A stretch of 59,967 nt of DNA from the NCBI GenBank assembly GCA_041498155.1, contig JBGQHV010000002.1:1-59967 (forward strand), in the 5' to 3' direction. Under the pieces are notes generated by a model. It did no database searches, was not told the DNA's origin, and worked only from the letters and a program-made list of their open reading frames with translations. The position numbers and the translations under genes were made by a program. This document shows positions 7,757 to 19,154 of the stretch, piece by piece (the first letter of the stretch is position 1; the number at the start of each line of letters is the position of its first letter). The stretch comes from Gemmatimonadota bacterium. Its GTDB lineage: Bacteria; Gemmatimonadota; Gemmatimonadetes; Gemmatimonadales; GWC2-71-9.

Positions 7757-8205
7757 CACGGTCTGGGATCCGACGACGTGTGGTCGTGCAGGATCAGCCA
7801 GCGGTCGCCCCGCTTCTGGAGGATCAGGGTGAAAGGGCCGCTCGCCACCAGTGAGTCGCCGCGGTGCAGCTCGAACCGTGCGGTCGCAAAGGCGAGGTCC
7901 ATCGTGAGGGGCTGCACGCGGACTTCGACGAACGAGAGCGAGTCGCGGCTCTTGCCCGGCGCGAAATAGGTCGCACGGTAGTGATCGTATAGCGGCTGCC
8001 ACCCGTACTGCACGTGGCCGCCGGTGACATAGCTGACCGTCGAATCCTTCGCATAGTCGCTCATGAAACCGTCGAGGTCCCCGCGGTTCCAATCGCTGGC
8101 CGATCGCGCGAGCGCCGCGGGGATTTCCCGGACCGGGTCTCCGGTCGAGACCTTGGGCGCCGCGCAGGCGGCGGCGAGCGCCGCAACGCACCATGTGACA
8201 CGCAC
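7756..8205 (-). CDS. SnoaL-like / DUF4440 (NTF2-fold) protein, exported
   Basis: The C-terminal 120 aa (SDWNRGDLDGFMSDYAKDS...TLILQKRGDRWLILHDH) look like DUF4440. I set the start at GTG 8205, ahead of the signal-like VRVTWCVAALAAAC; the exact start is uncertain. Confidence 0.55.
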   Translation of the reverse strand: MRVTWCVAALAAACAAPKVSTGDPVREIPAALARSASDWNRGDLDGFMSDYAKDSTVSYVTGGHVQYGWQPLYDHYRATYFAPGKSRDSLSFVEVRVQPLTMDLAFATARFELHRGDSLVASGPFTLILQKRGDRWLILHDHTSSDPRP

Positions 8206-8249
8206 TCCGCACCTCTTCGTTCGCTGGCCGCCAGAACGTACCTTGCCGC

Positions 8250-9008
8250 ATGGCCGATGCAACCCCGCCGCTGCGCGGGCTCGGGAAAACGGTGGTGTAT
8301 GGACCGGTTCATTCACGCCGGCTGGGGACGAGCCTCGGCGTGAACCTGCTCCCGGCACGGTCCAAAGTGTGCAGTTTCGACTGCCCCTACTGCGAGTGCG
8401 GCTTCAATACGGGGAAGGCCGAGCATACCCGGTGGCCGTCCCCCGACGAAGTGGGCCACGCGCTGCGCCGCGCCCTGGAACAGTTGCCGGCCGCTCCGGA
8501 GTGGATCACTCTGTCCGGGAGTGGGGAACCCACACTACATCCCCGGTTTCCTGTGGTGGTGGACCGGGTGCTGACGGCCCGTGACGCCAGCGCGCCAGGG
8601 ACGCATGTCGGGGTGCTGTCGAACGGCGTACTGGCCGACACGCCCACGATCCGCGACGCCCTGCTCCGGCTCGACGGGCGCTTCATGAAGCTCGATCCCG
8701 GGCCGGCCGCGCTCGTCAATGGCGCGGCGGTCGACGCGGGTGCCGTGGCGGACTCCTACCGGGCGCTGCGGCCGGTGACACTGCAGGCGATGGTGGCGCG
8801 GGGACCCGGTTGGGATGGCGCGAGCGACGCGAGTCTCGCCGCCTGGCTGCCGCTCGTCGGCCGCGCCGAGCCGGCGGCGGTCCAGCTCTATTCGATCGCC
8901 CGAGCGCCGGCGGATCCGGGGGTCACCAACGTGCCGCGGGAGCGCCTCCTCGAGATGGCCGCAGCCATCCGGGAGGCGCTCCCGCGCACGATCATCGACG
9001 TGTTCTAG
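8250..9008 (+). CDS. radical SAM protein (small, stand-alone)
   Basis: The 252-aa ORF has the CxxxCxxC cluster motif CSFDCPYC and a GSGEPTLHP SAM-binding block. Confidence 0.7.
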   Translation: MADATPPLRGLGKTVVYGPVHSRRLGTSLGVNLLPARSKVCSFDCPYCECGFNTGKAEHTRWPSPDEVGHALRRALEQLPAAPEWITLSGSGEPTLHPRFPVVVDRVLTARDASAPGTHVGVLSNGVLADTPTIRDALLRLDGRFMKLDPGPAALVNGAAVDAGAVADSYRALRPVTLQAMVARGPGWDGASDASLAAWLPLVGRAEPAAVQLYSIARAPADPGVTNVPRERLLEMAAAIREALPRTIIDVF

Positions 9009-9012
9009 CGGC

Positions 9013-9315
9013 CTAGCGCCGCCGGCGGCGCGTCGCTTTGCGCTTCGCCCGCGCCGGCTTCCGGGCCTTGGCCCGCTTCGCCTTCCGGGCCGGTTTCTTC
9101 TTCTTCTTGGCCGCCTTGCGCTTCGCCTTTGGGCGGGCGGCTTTCTTCTTCTTCTTTGCGGCCGCCTTCCTCGGCTTCGGCGGCGCCATTTCCTCACCCA
9201 TCATGGGCTCGTGCATCATCGGTGCGGGCTCCGGAGCCATCGGGGGCTCCGGCGGGAACATCGGCTCCATCATCCCGGGGCCGCCCATTCCCGTGAGATC
9301 ACTCGTCGCGAGCAT
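9013..9315 (-). CDS. histone H1-like Lys/Ala-rich basic protein with a Met/Pro-rich N-terminal half
   Basis: GGAGGA lies 5 nt upstream of the ATG. The N-terminal half is MLATSDLTGMGGPGMMEPMFPPEPPMAPEPAPMMHEPMMGEEM. The C-terminal half is PKPRKAAAKKKKKAARPKAKRKAAKKKKKPARKAKRAKARK. Confidence 0.6.
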   Translation of the reverse strand: MLATSDLTGMGGPGMMEPMFPPEPPMAPEPAPMMHEPMMGEEMAPPKPRKAAAKKKKKAARPKAKRKAAKKKKKPARKAKRAKARKPARAKRKATRRRRR

Positions 9316-9388
9316 CTATGTCCTCCGCTGGTTGTGGCCGCTGGGGGCCTATAGCTTACCCGGCTAACTCCCCGACGCAAGTGAGTGC

Positions 9389-12013
9389 ATGCGCCAGCTC
9401 CTCGGTGGTCTCTTCATCTTACCGACGCTGCTCGCCGCGCAAATCCGGTCTGACTCCAACGCCGTCGCCGCCCGGGCGCCGATCTCGTTGCCGTGGCGAC
9501 GCTTCGACGTCACCCTCACGGGGTCGGTTCGCGGGTCCGGATACGTCAGCGCCATCGGCCGGCGCTCGGCGCTGATCGGCACCGACGCCGGCAGCTTCGA
9601 AGCCTGGACCTGGCCCCTCAAGCTGTTGCACGACTTCACGCTCGCCTTCAAGACCCCGCTGTACGACCAGCCCATCCCGGGCAAGGACGTCGCGCGCCGC
9701 GTGGAAATCTCGCCGGCCGGAGCGACGATCGTCTATACCCACTCGGCCTTCACGGTCACCGAACGACTGTTCGCCCCGCTCGATGAGCCCGCGATCGTGG
9801 TCGTGCTCGAAGTGGATGCCGTCCGGCCGATCGAGATCATCGCCCGCTTCCGCCCCGACCTCCAGCTCGCCTGGCCGGCCGGACTCGGGGGCCAGTACGT
9901 CGCCTGGGACGATGCCGAGCGCGCGTTCGTGCTCTCCGAAAGCCGCCGCCAGGTGAACGGCTTCTTCGGATCCCCGGCCGCGACCTGGGCCACGAACAAC
10001 CCGTCTCACATGCTGGCCGATGCCGCGAGCGAGCTGCACATCGCGGTAGGCGATCAGGGACCGGTGGCGATGCCGCGTCCCGGAGAGCCGGCCGGACGGC
10101 TGACCCAGGTCCACGCGGCGGGCATTCCGCTGGTAATGGTGGGGGCCATCGCCCCGCGGGACAGCGTGCGGGCCATCTACCGTCGCGTGTTGGCACACGT
10201 GGCCGAGCTCTACAGCGCCCGCGCGGCCCACGCCCAGGCGGTGCTCGATTCGACCGTCGTCATCCATTCTCCCGACTCCACCCTCGACCTGGCGGTCCGC
10301 TGGGCCAGCCTGAACCTCGACGAAGCGATGGTCTGCAACCCGGACCTGGGCTGCGGTCTCGTCGCGGGTTTCGGTCCAAGTGGCGCGACCAGCACGCGGC
10401 CCGGGTTCGGCTGGTTCTTCGGCGGGGATGCCTCGATCAACTCGCTCGCCATGAGCTCGGTAGGACTGTGGCCTGTGGCCCGGGATGGGCTGGCGTTCTT
10501 CGCCCGGTACCAGGGGAAGGCGCCGCCCAACGCCGGCAAGATCCCGCACGAGATCTCCCAGTCCGCCGCTCGCATCCGCTGGTTCGACGACTACCCCTAC
10601 GCGTTCTATCATGGCGATACGACTCCATTCTGGATTCTCGCCGTCGCCGAGTATTGGCGCGCCTCGGGGGACTCGGCGACCGTCCGCCGTCTCTGGCCCA
10701 ACCTGAAGCGCGCCTACGACTGGGCCAAGTCCACCGACGCCGACGGCGACGGGCTGATGGACAATGCCAGGGCGGGCGCCGGCGCGATCGAGATCGGCGA
10801 TCTGCAGCAGGGCCTGCAGTCCGATGTCTACATGTCCGCGGCCTGGGTGCGGGCGCTCGAGGCGTTCCCCCAGATCGCCGAGCTCGCGGGTGACCGGAGT
10901 TCCGCGGCGGAGGCTCGGCGCCTGGCTGAGCGCGCCGGGGCAACGTTGCGGGAGAAGCTCTGGCTCCCCGAAGAGCGGCGCTACGCCTTCGCGCTGCTCG
11001 AAGGTGGTACGCGCTCCGCCGAGCTGACGGTGTGGCCCGCCACCGGACTCGCCTTCGGCCTGTTCGACGACCCGCGCGGCGAGGCGACCGCCGGGTCGCT
11101 GGCGCGCGCGGCGATCACGACCGACTGGGGCGCGCGCACGCTGGGGTCCACGTCTGTGCTGTTCGATCCACTGCACTACAACAACGGCACCGTGTGGCCC
11201 TTCGTCACCGGGTTCGACGCCTGGGGTCTGTTCCGCTACCACAATGCGTCGATGGGGTTCGCGGCGACGATGGCTGTGGCGCGCACCACGTTCCTCTGGG
11301 GACTGGGGGCGAATCCGGAAGTGTTCTCGGGGAGCACGTTCGAGCCGCTCGAGACCGCGGTGCCGCAGCAGTTCTTCGCGACGTCCATGCTGCTCACGCC
11401 GCTGGTGCGGGGACTGGTCGGTTGGGAAGGCGACGCGCCGGACCATCGGGTGAGTCTCGTTCCGCATCTGCCGCCCGAGTGGGACGCGCTCACCGTGGAA
11501 CGGCTCCCGGTTGCCACGGCGCGCTACACGGTGCGATTCGCCCGTACCTACACGACGCTGACGACCGAGCTGACCCGCACCGGCGGCGTGGGGGTCGATA
11601 CGCTCGTTTTCTCACCCGCGCTGCCCCTGGGTGCCGTCGTGCGTGACGTGCGCGCGAACGGCCGACCCGTCAGCTGCGGCGCGCGGTCCACCGGCGCGGA
11701 CGAGCACGTGGATTGCCGTCTCCCCCTCGGGGAGCGGTTGGCCGTGGAGATCCGTCACACACCGGGCTGGGCGGTGCTGCTGCCCGCGCGCGCGCCCGAA
11801 CGGGGGGCGCGCTCGCGCAACATGAAGGTCGTGGCTCAGCGCCTGGCCGGTGACACCCTGGTGCTGCAGCTGGAAGGCCTGGCGGGGCAAACCTATCGAA
11901 TGGTCGTCCGCACGCCGCTGGGCGAGCGCACGGTGGCGGTCACGTTCCCCGACGGCGGAGATGCTGTGGACGGGTATCGCGCGAGCGTCGTCCGGGTTAC
12001 GGCCCAGCCCTGA
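9389..12013 (+). CDS. glycogen-debranching-enzyme-like (GDE_C / six-hairpin glycosidase) protein, secreted
   Basis: The 874-aa ORF has a signal peptide. Its central region (GFGWFFGGDASINSLAM, KIPHEISQSA, YHGDTTPFWILAVAEYW, DGDGLMDN) resembles amylo-alpha-1,6-glucosidase-type (alpha/alpha)6 domains. Confidence 0.55.
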   Translation: MRQLLGGLFILPTLLAAQIRSDSNAVAARAPISLPWRRFDVTLTGSVRGSGYVSAIGRRSALIGTDAGSFEAWTWPLKLLHDFTLAFKTPLYDQPIPGKDVARRVEISPAGATIVYTHSAFTVTERLFAPLDEPAIVVVLEVDAVRPIEIIARFRPDLQLAWPAGLGGQYVAWDDAERAFVLSESRRQVNGFFGSPAATWATNNPSHMLADAASELHIAVGDQGPVAMPRPGEPAGRLTQVHAAGIPLVMVGAIAPRDSVRAIYRRVLAHVAELYSARAAHAQAVLDSTVVIHSPDSTLDLAVRWASLNLDEAMVCNPDLGCGLVAGFGPSGATSTRPGFGWFFGGDASINSLAMSSVGLWPVARDGLAFFARYQGKAPPNAGKIPHEISQSAARIRWFDDYPYAFYHGDTTPFWILAVAEYWRASGDSATVRRLWPNLKRAYDWAKSTDADGDGLMDNARAGAGAIEIGDLQQGLQSDVYMSAAWVRALEAFPQIAELAGDRSSAAEARRLAERAGATLREKLWLPEERRYAFALLEGGTRSAELTVWPATGLAFGLFDDPRGEATAGSLARAAITTDWGARTLGSTSVLFDPLHYNNGTVWPFVTGFDAWGLFRYHNASMGFAATMAVARTTFLWGLGANPEVFSGSTFEPLETAVPQQFFATSMLLTPLVRGLVGWEGDAPDHRVSLVPHLPPEWDALTVERLPVATARYTVRFARTYTTLTTELTRTGGVGVDTLVFSPALPLGAVVRDVRANGRPVSCGARSTGADEHVDCRLPLGERLAVEIRHTPGWAVLLPARAPERGARSRNMKVVAQRLAGDTLVLQLEGLAGQTYRMVVRTPLGERTVAVTFPDGGDAVDGYRASVVRVTAQP

Positions 12014-12034
12014 GAAGTTAGATTAGCGCTGCCC

Positions 12035-14305
12035 ATGACCAGCCGCCCGTACTCCCACTCGCTCGCCGTTCTGCTCGTCGCCCTTACTGGCGCGCCGCTC
12101 GCGGCCCAAAACGTCGCCGAAGTCCAGGTCGCGCCCCCCTCGATCTCGATCAAGGTCGGTGAGCGCTACGGCCTCCTCGCCACCGCCTACGATCGGGTGG
12201 GGAACGTGTTGCCCGCGGCGAAGGTGATCTGGACGTCGAACAACGTCCAGGTAGCGCGGGTGGACAACAACGGAACGGTGATCGGCGTCGCGCCGGGAGT
12301 GGCGATCGTCGAGGCGCGCGCGGGGCAGCGCCGCGGCCAGGCGGCGGTCCAGGTGGCGGCGGCCGCGGCCCCTCCGCCCGTAGCCGGTGGCGGGGGAGCC
12401 GCGCCCGCTGGCGGAGGAGCGACCGATCCGTTCGCGGGACAACCGCCCGGCACGGGGACCGTGACCGTACTCCGCATCGATCCCCCCTCGGTGTACCTGC
12501 TGCCCTCGGAAAACACGCGGGTGTCTCCCCGCGCCTTGCGTGAGGACGGCGCGCCGGCGGCTCCGGTGCAGGTGACCTGGAAGTCGCTGCGCGAGGACAT
12601 CGCGAGCGTGGACCAGAACGGCATCGTCGTGGCGCTCGCCCCGGGGCAGGGCACGGTGCAGATGACCGGACCCGGCGGCCTCACCGCCACCGCGCCGGTC
12701 GTCGTCCAGCAGGCCGACTACGCGATTCAGGAAGGCACGGCGCTCACCCTCGCGCCCGGTGAGGTCGATACGCTCCACGTCGTCGTGCCGACGCAGGAAA
12801 ACCGCCTCGTGAGCCCCATCGCGCTGTCGTGGGCGTCGAGCGATCAGAGTGTGGTCCAGGTGAGCCTGACCGGCGTGGTGAAGGCCGTCGGATCGGGCAA
12901 GGCGACGCTCACCGTGACGGGGTTGCTGCAGCAGAAGACCGTGGACGTGCTGGTCCACCGGGCCGTGGAGCTCCTCGCGGTGCGCCCCGGGACGCGGGCC
13001 GACGTCGAGGTGCCGCTCACCGCGTCAGTCCGGTTCACGGCCGCCGCCCTCGCGGCGGACAGCTCCCCGGTCCCCGAGGCGCTCCTCGCCTGGAGCGTGG
13101 CCGATACCGGCATCGCCGCGTTCGATGCGGCGACGCTGACGCTCAGCGGACGGCGCATTGGCCGGACGCAGCTCGGGCTGCGCGGGCCGGGTCCCAATCC
13201 GCTGCGCGCGGCGTGGAACGTGAGCGTGATCGCGGGCTCGGTGAAGCTCCCCGTCGCGCGGCTGGGCCTCGCATTGAATGCGCGCACTTCCCTCAAAGCG
13301 AGCTTCACCGACGACACCGGAGCGGTGCTCGGCGCTGCGAGCGGCCTCACCTGGAGCTCCGACGCGCCGTCGGTCGCCACCGTCTCCGAAGACGGCACGG
13401 TCACGGGCGCGGGGTACGGACGCGCCCGCGTCACGGCCACCGCCCCCGGTGGGAAGACGGCGTCGGTTCAGGTTTTCGTCGAGGATGAGCTGCTGCTCGC
13501 CAGCTCGCGCGGCGGCGCGACGCGCCTGTACTGGCTCGACCGTTCGAACCTCGCGGGGCTGCGGCGGGCGTCCAGCGACACCGGCGCGGCGACCGATCCC
13601 TCGATTTCGCCGGACGGCTCGCGGATCGCGTTCGTGTCCACTCGGGACGGCAACCCCGAAGTGTACGTCATGGATGCGGATGGCTCGAACCTGGCCCGCG
13701 TCACCAGCGATCCCCAGGCCGATGGCCGGCCCGCTTTCACCGCGGACGGCGCCGGGTTGGTTTTTCAATCACTGCGCTCGGGGAAGGCGCAGATCTACAT
13801 GGCGGCGACCGACGGCACCGGGACGAAGGCCCTCACCACGGACTCGGTCAACCAGACGCCCACGGTGTCGCCCGACGGCGGGACCATCGCGTTCGCTTCG
13901 GTGCGCAACAAGAGCTACGACATCTGGTTGATGAGTCGTGACGGGTCGAACCAGCGGGCGTTCACCAGGACCCCGCAGCAGAACGAGACGGAGCCGCGTT
14001 TCCTGCGGGACGGCAGCCTGGCGTACATCGTGGAGCGCAAAGAGGCGAACCGCACGGTCCGGATGGTGGTGAAGGCCGATCTCGCCACCGGCGCCATCAC
14101 CCCCCTGACCGGCACCGACCTGGCGATCGCGAGCTTCGCCCTGTCGCCCAGCGGCGACCTGATCGCGCTCGTCGTGCCGAGCGATCCCAACAACCGACGC
14201 AATCCCCTGTATCGCGTCTATCTGCAAACCGTGGGCGGCGGCACACCGACTCCCATTCCGGCGGGCCCGACCGAGCAGATGGCCGCGCCGACCTTCCTCC
14301 CATAA
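12035..14305 (+). CDS. secreted protein with several Big_2 Ig-like domains and a C-terminal PD40/TolB-like beta-propeller
   Basis: The 756-aa ORF has repeated Big_2-like units (VxWxSSNxxVAxVDxNGxVxGVAPGxAxV). PD40 repeats follow (DPSISPDGSRIAFVSTRDGNPEVYVMDADGSN; TPTVSPDGGTIAFASVRNKSYDIWLMSRDGSN). Confidence 0.75.
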   Translation: MTSRPYSHSLAVLLVALTGAPLAAQNVAEVQVAPPSISIKVGERYGLLATAYDRVGNVLPAAKVIWTSNNVQVARVDNNGTVIGVAPGVAIVEARAGQRRGQAAVQVAAAAAPPPVAGGGGAAPAGGGATDPFAGQPPGTGTVTVLRIDPPSVYLLPSENTRVSPRALREDGAPAAPVQVTWKSLREDIASVDQNGIVVALAPGQGTVQMTGPGGLTATAPVVVQQADYAIQEGTALTLAPGEVDTLHVVVPTQENRLVSPIALSWASSDQSVVQVSLTGVVKAVGSGKATLTVTGLLQQKTVDVLVHRAVELLAVRPGTRADVEVPLTASVRFTAAALAADSSPVPEALLAWSVADTGIAAFDAATLTLSGRRIGRTQLGLRGPGPNPLRAAWNVSVIAGSVKLPVARLGLALNARTSLKASFTDDTGAVLGAASGLTWSSDAPSVATVSEDGTVTGAGYGRARVTATAPGGKTASVQVFVEDELLLASSRGGATRLYWLDRSNLAGLRRASSDTGAATDPSISPDGSRIAFVSTRDGNPEVYVMDADGSNLARVTSDPQADGRPAFTADGAGLVFQSLRSGKAQIYMAATDGTGTKALTTDSVNQTPTVSPDGGTIAFASVRNKSYDIWLMSRDGSNQRAFTRTPQQNETEPRFLRDGSLAYIVERKEANRTVRMVVKADLATGAITPLTGTDLAIASFALSPSGDLIALVVPSDPNNRRNPLYRVYLQTVGGGTPTPIPAGPTEQMAAPTFLP

Positions 14306-14391
14306 GAGCGTTCGTCCTCAACGCCGTCGGGGGCCTGGACCATACCGCCCTGACGGAGGTTCCCGATGCACCCCCGCCCGGTCCCGGCGAG

Positions 14392-15348
14392 GTGCGCATC
14401 GCGCTGCGCGCCGCCGCCTTGAACCACCTCGACCTGTTCGTGGTGGAAGGTCTTCCCGGGCTGCCGCAGCAGCTCCCGCACATTCTCGGCTCGGATGGGG
14501 CCGGGGTGATCGCGCAGGTCGGCAGCGGCGTCTCGAGCGTGCAGCCGGGAGACCGGGTGCTGATCAACCCGGGAATCTCGGATTACACCTGCGAGTTCTG
14601 TCGCGCCGGCGAGCACAGCCTCTGCCTGCGCTACGGCATTCTCGGGGAGCACCTCGCGGGCACCCTGGCCGAATTCATCACCGTCCCGGTGCACAACGTG
14701 CAGCCGGTTCCGGCGCTCGACCCGCCCCTCACGTGGAGTGAGGCGGCGGCGTTCTCCCTGGTCACCCTCACCGCCTGGCGCATGGTGATGACCCGCGCGC
14801 AGGTCAAGGCGGGCGAATGGGTGCTGGTGTGGGGGATCGGGGGCGGCGTTTCGCTCGCGGCGCTGCGGATCGCGAAGCTGGCCGGCGCCCGCGTCATCGC
14901 GACGTCATCGAGCGACGCGAAGCTGGAGCGTGCGCGCGCCCTGGGGGCCGACGTGGCGCTGAACCACGTCACCCAGAAGGTCACCGCCGAAGTGCGAGCG
15001 GTGACCGACAAGCGGGGCGTCGATGTGGTCGTCGAGAACGTGGGGGAAGCGACCTGGGGGGATTCGTTGCGCTGTCTCGCCAAAGGCGGCCGCATCGTCA
15101 CCTGTGGCGGGACGAGCGGGCCCAAGCTCGTGACCGATGTCCGGCCGCTCTTCTGGCATCAATTCACGATCCTCGGCTCGACGATGGGCAACGCGGCGGA
15201 GTACCGCGAGGTGGTGCGTCAGCTCGGGGAGGGGCAGCTGCGTCCCATCATGGACGCTACCTATCCCTTCGCGCGCACCCGCGAGGCGTTCGAGCGCCTG
15301 GCGAGTGGGGCGCATCAAGGAAAGATTGCGGTGCAGATCGCGGACTAG
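14392..15348 (+). CDS. zinc-type/quinone oxidoreductase (MDR superfamily); the true start is probably about 87 nt upstream
   Basis: MDR blocks are present (GSDGAGVIAQVGSGV, GEWVLVWGIGGGVSLAALRIAKLAGARVIAT). The first canonical start (GTG 14392) falls inside the conserved PGPGEV-RIAL strand. Family-like sequence RAFVLNAVGGLDHTALTEVPDAPPPGPGEV is encoded in frame from 14305. Confidence 0.8.
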   Translation: MRIALRAAALNHLDLFVVEGLPGLPQQLPHILGSDGAGVIAQVGSGVSSVQPGDRVLINPGISDYTCEFCRAGEHSLCLRYGILGEHLAGTLAEFITVPVHNVQPVPALDPPLTWSEAAAFSLVTLTAWRMVMTRAQVKAGEWVLVWGIGGGVSLAALRIAKLAGARVIATSSSDAKLERARALGADVALNHVTQKVTAEVRAVTDKRGVDVVVENVGEATWGDSLRCLAKGGRIVTCGGTSGPKLVTDVRPLFWHQFTILGSTMGNAAEYREVVRQLGEGQLRPIMDATYPFARTREAFERLASGAHQGKIAVQIAD

Positions 15349-15372
15349 GGGGTTTCGTCGGGCTCGGAGGTC

Positions 15373-15417
15373 GGCACGTACGCCACCGCTTCGCTGACTG
15401 CTGCACGGCGTCCGTGC
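15373..15417 (+). terminator. possible terminator hairpin after the oxidoreductase gene
   Basis: GGCACGTACGCC and GGCGTCCGTGCC pair at 11 of 12 positions around a 21-nt loop. The structure lies 25 nt after the stop. There is no U tract. Confidence 0.3.
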
Positions 15418-15628
15418 CAAGCCCCGGTCATCGTGAATGCAATCTGTGGAGCGACCATCAACTGACAATCAACCACGGGATCTACTCCGACCGGGCGAGG
15501 GAAAGGGCTGACAGGACAGTGTTGCGTTCGCCACTCTAAGTGGTTACTTTGCAGTTACTTAGAGCATTTCTAAAGCTCACCCGGACCGTCCCAATTGACG
15601 GCCGAACGCTGAAAGCCGACCGCGCGCT

Positions 15629-18196
<2,568 letters not shown>

Positions 18197-18197
18197 C

Positions 18198-19154
18198 GTG
18201 ATCGCCGACATCGCGGACCGGGAGGTCGCCGAGGCGGCCCGGGCGCTGGAGGGCGTCGCCGTACGCACACCGCTCCAGTGGGTGGAGCCGCTCGACGCCT
18301 GGCTCAAGCTCGAGAGCCGGCAGCCGATGGGCGCGTTCAAGATCCGCGGCGCCTACAACGCGATTCGCAAGCTGGACGAGGCGGCCCGCGCCCGCGGCGT
18401 GATCACGTTCTCCTCGGGGAACCACGGCCAGGCGGTCGCGTTCGCGGCGCGGCGCTTCGGCGTGCGCGCCGTCATCGTCATGCCCGAAACGGCGCCCGCG
18501 GTAAAAGTGGAGGGGGTCAAGCGGTGGGGCGGGGAAGTCGTGTTCGCCGGCCGCACCTCCGAAGACCGGCGCGTCGCCGCCCTCGAGATCGCCGCGCGGG
18601 ACCGGCTCGCCGTGATCCCGCCCTTCGACCATCCCGACATCATCGCGGGTCAGGCCACTGTCGGAGTCGAGATCGCCGAGGATCTGCCCGAGGTCGCGAC
18701 CGTGGTCGTCCCGGTCGGCGGCGGTGGGCTCATCTCCGGGGTGGCGCGCGGGCTCGCCGCGGCCGGGAGCCGGGCGCGCATCGTCGGGGTGGAGCCCGCC
18801 GGCGCACCGAAGCTCACCCGCTCGCTGGAGGCGGGCCGCCCGGTGACGCTCGAGCGCACCGCGAGCATCGCCGACGGGCTCATCACGCTCTCGGTCGGCG
18901 ACCTCCCCTTTGAAGTGCTGCAGCAGCACAAGGACCGGCTGGCCGGGGTCGTGACCGTGACCGACGACGCCATCAAGGAGGCCGTGTTCTTCCTGCATCA
19001 GACCTGCGGGCTCGCCATCGAACCCTCCGGCGCCGCCACGACCGGTGCTCTGCGGGCCGGCCTGCTCGAGCAGTATCGCCGGCCCCCGGTGGTGCTGGTC
19101 GTGAGCGGCGGCAACGTCGACCCCGCGCTGCTCGAGGACCGGCGCCGCCCATGA
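18198..19154 (+). CDS. PLP-dependent threonine/serine dehydratase (IlvA/TdcB-like, catalytic domain only)
   Basis: The track ORF starts at 18036, inside gyrA. An in-frame GTG at 18198 lies 1 nt after the gyrA stop. Motifs include the PLP-lysine block GAFKIRGAYN, then FSSGNHGQAVAFAA and the glycine loop VPVGGGGLISG. Confidence 0.8.
   Translation: MIADIADREVAEAARALEGVAVRTPLQWVEPLDAWLKLESRQPMGAFKIRGAYNAIRKLDEAARARGVITFSSGNHGQAVAFAARRFGVRAVIVMPETAPAVKVEGVKRWGGEVVFAGRTSEDRRVAALEIAARDRLAVIPPFDHPDIIAGQATVGVEIAEDLPEVATVVVPVGGGGLISGVARGLAAAGSRARIVGVEPAGAPKLTRSLEAGRPVTLERTASIADGLITLSVGDLPFEVLQQHKDRLAGVVTVTDDAIKEAVFFLHQTCGLAIEPSGAATTGALRAGLLEQYRRPPVVLVVSGGNVDPALLEDRRRP

Noticed and set aside
6389-8251. 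Very long N-terminal extensions in the ORF track (for example 6389..8251, 648..1634, 26820..28319, 30628..32331, 42581..45364, 18036..19154, 36207..38000, 37523..39589, 54076..55590, 55299..56381)
   Set aside because: The extended parts are Arg/Gly/Pro-rich and overlap the real upstream genes. In each case an internal ATG/GTG sits at a stop-start overlap or after an SD, and it precedes a signal peptide or the conserved family N terminus.
9038-9367. Plus-strand ORF encoding a Phe/Ala-rich hydrophobic peptide, antisense to the Lys/Ala-rich protein gene
   Set aside because: It starts at a TTG with no SD. The minus-strand gene has GGAGGA 5 nt from its ATG and a product class (H1-like basic protein) known in bacteria. 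Both frames share third positions, so codon bias cannot discriminate. The call rests on the SD and on product plausibility.
15349-15628. Possible tRNA or small structured RNA in the long gyrA upstream region
   Set aside because: I could find no GTTCGAATC-like T-loop, acceptor-stem complementarity or cloverleaf by eye. Only a terminator-like hairpin and an AT-rich promoter-like core are visible.
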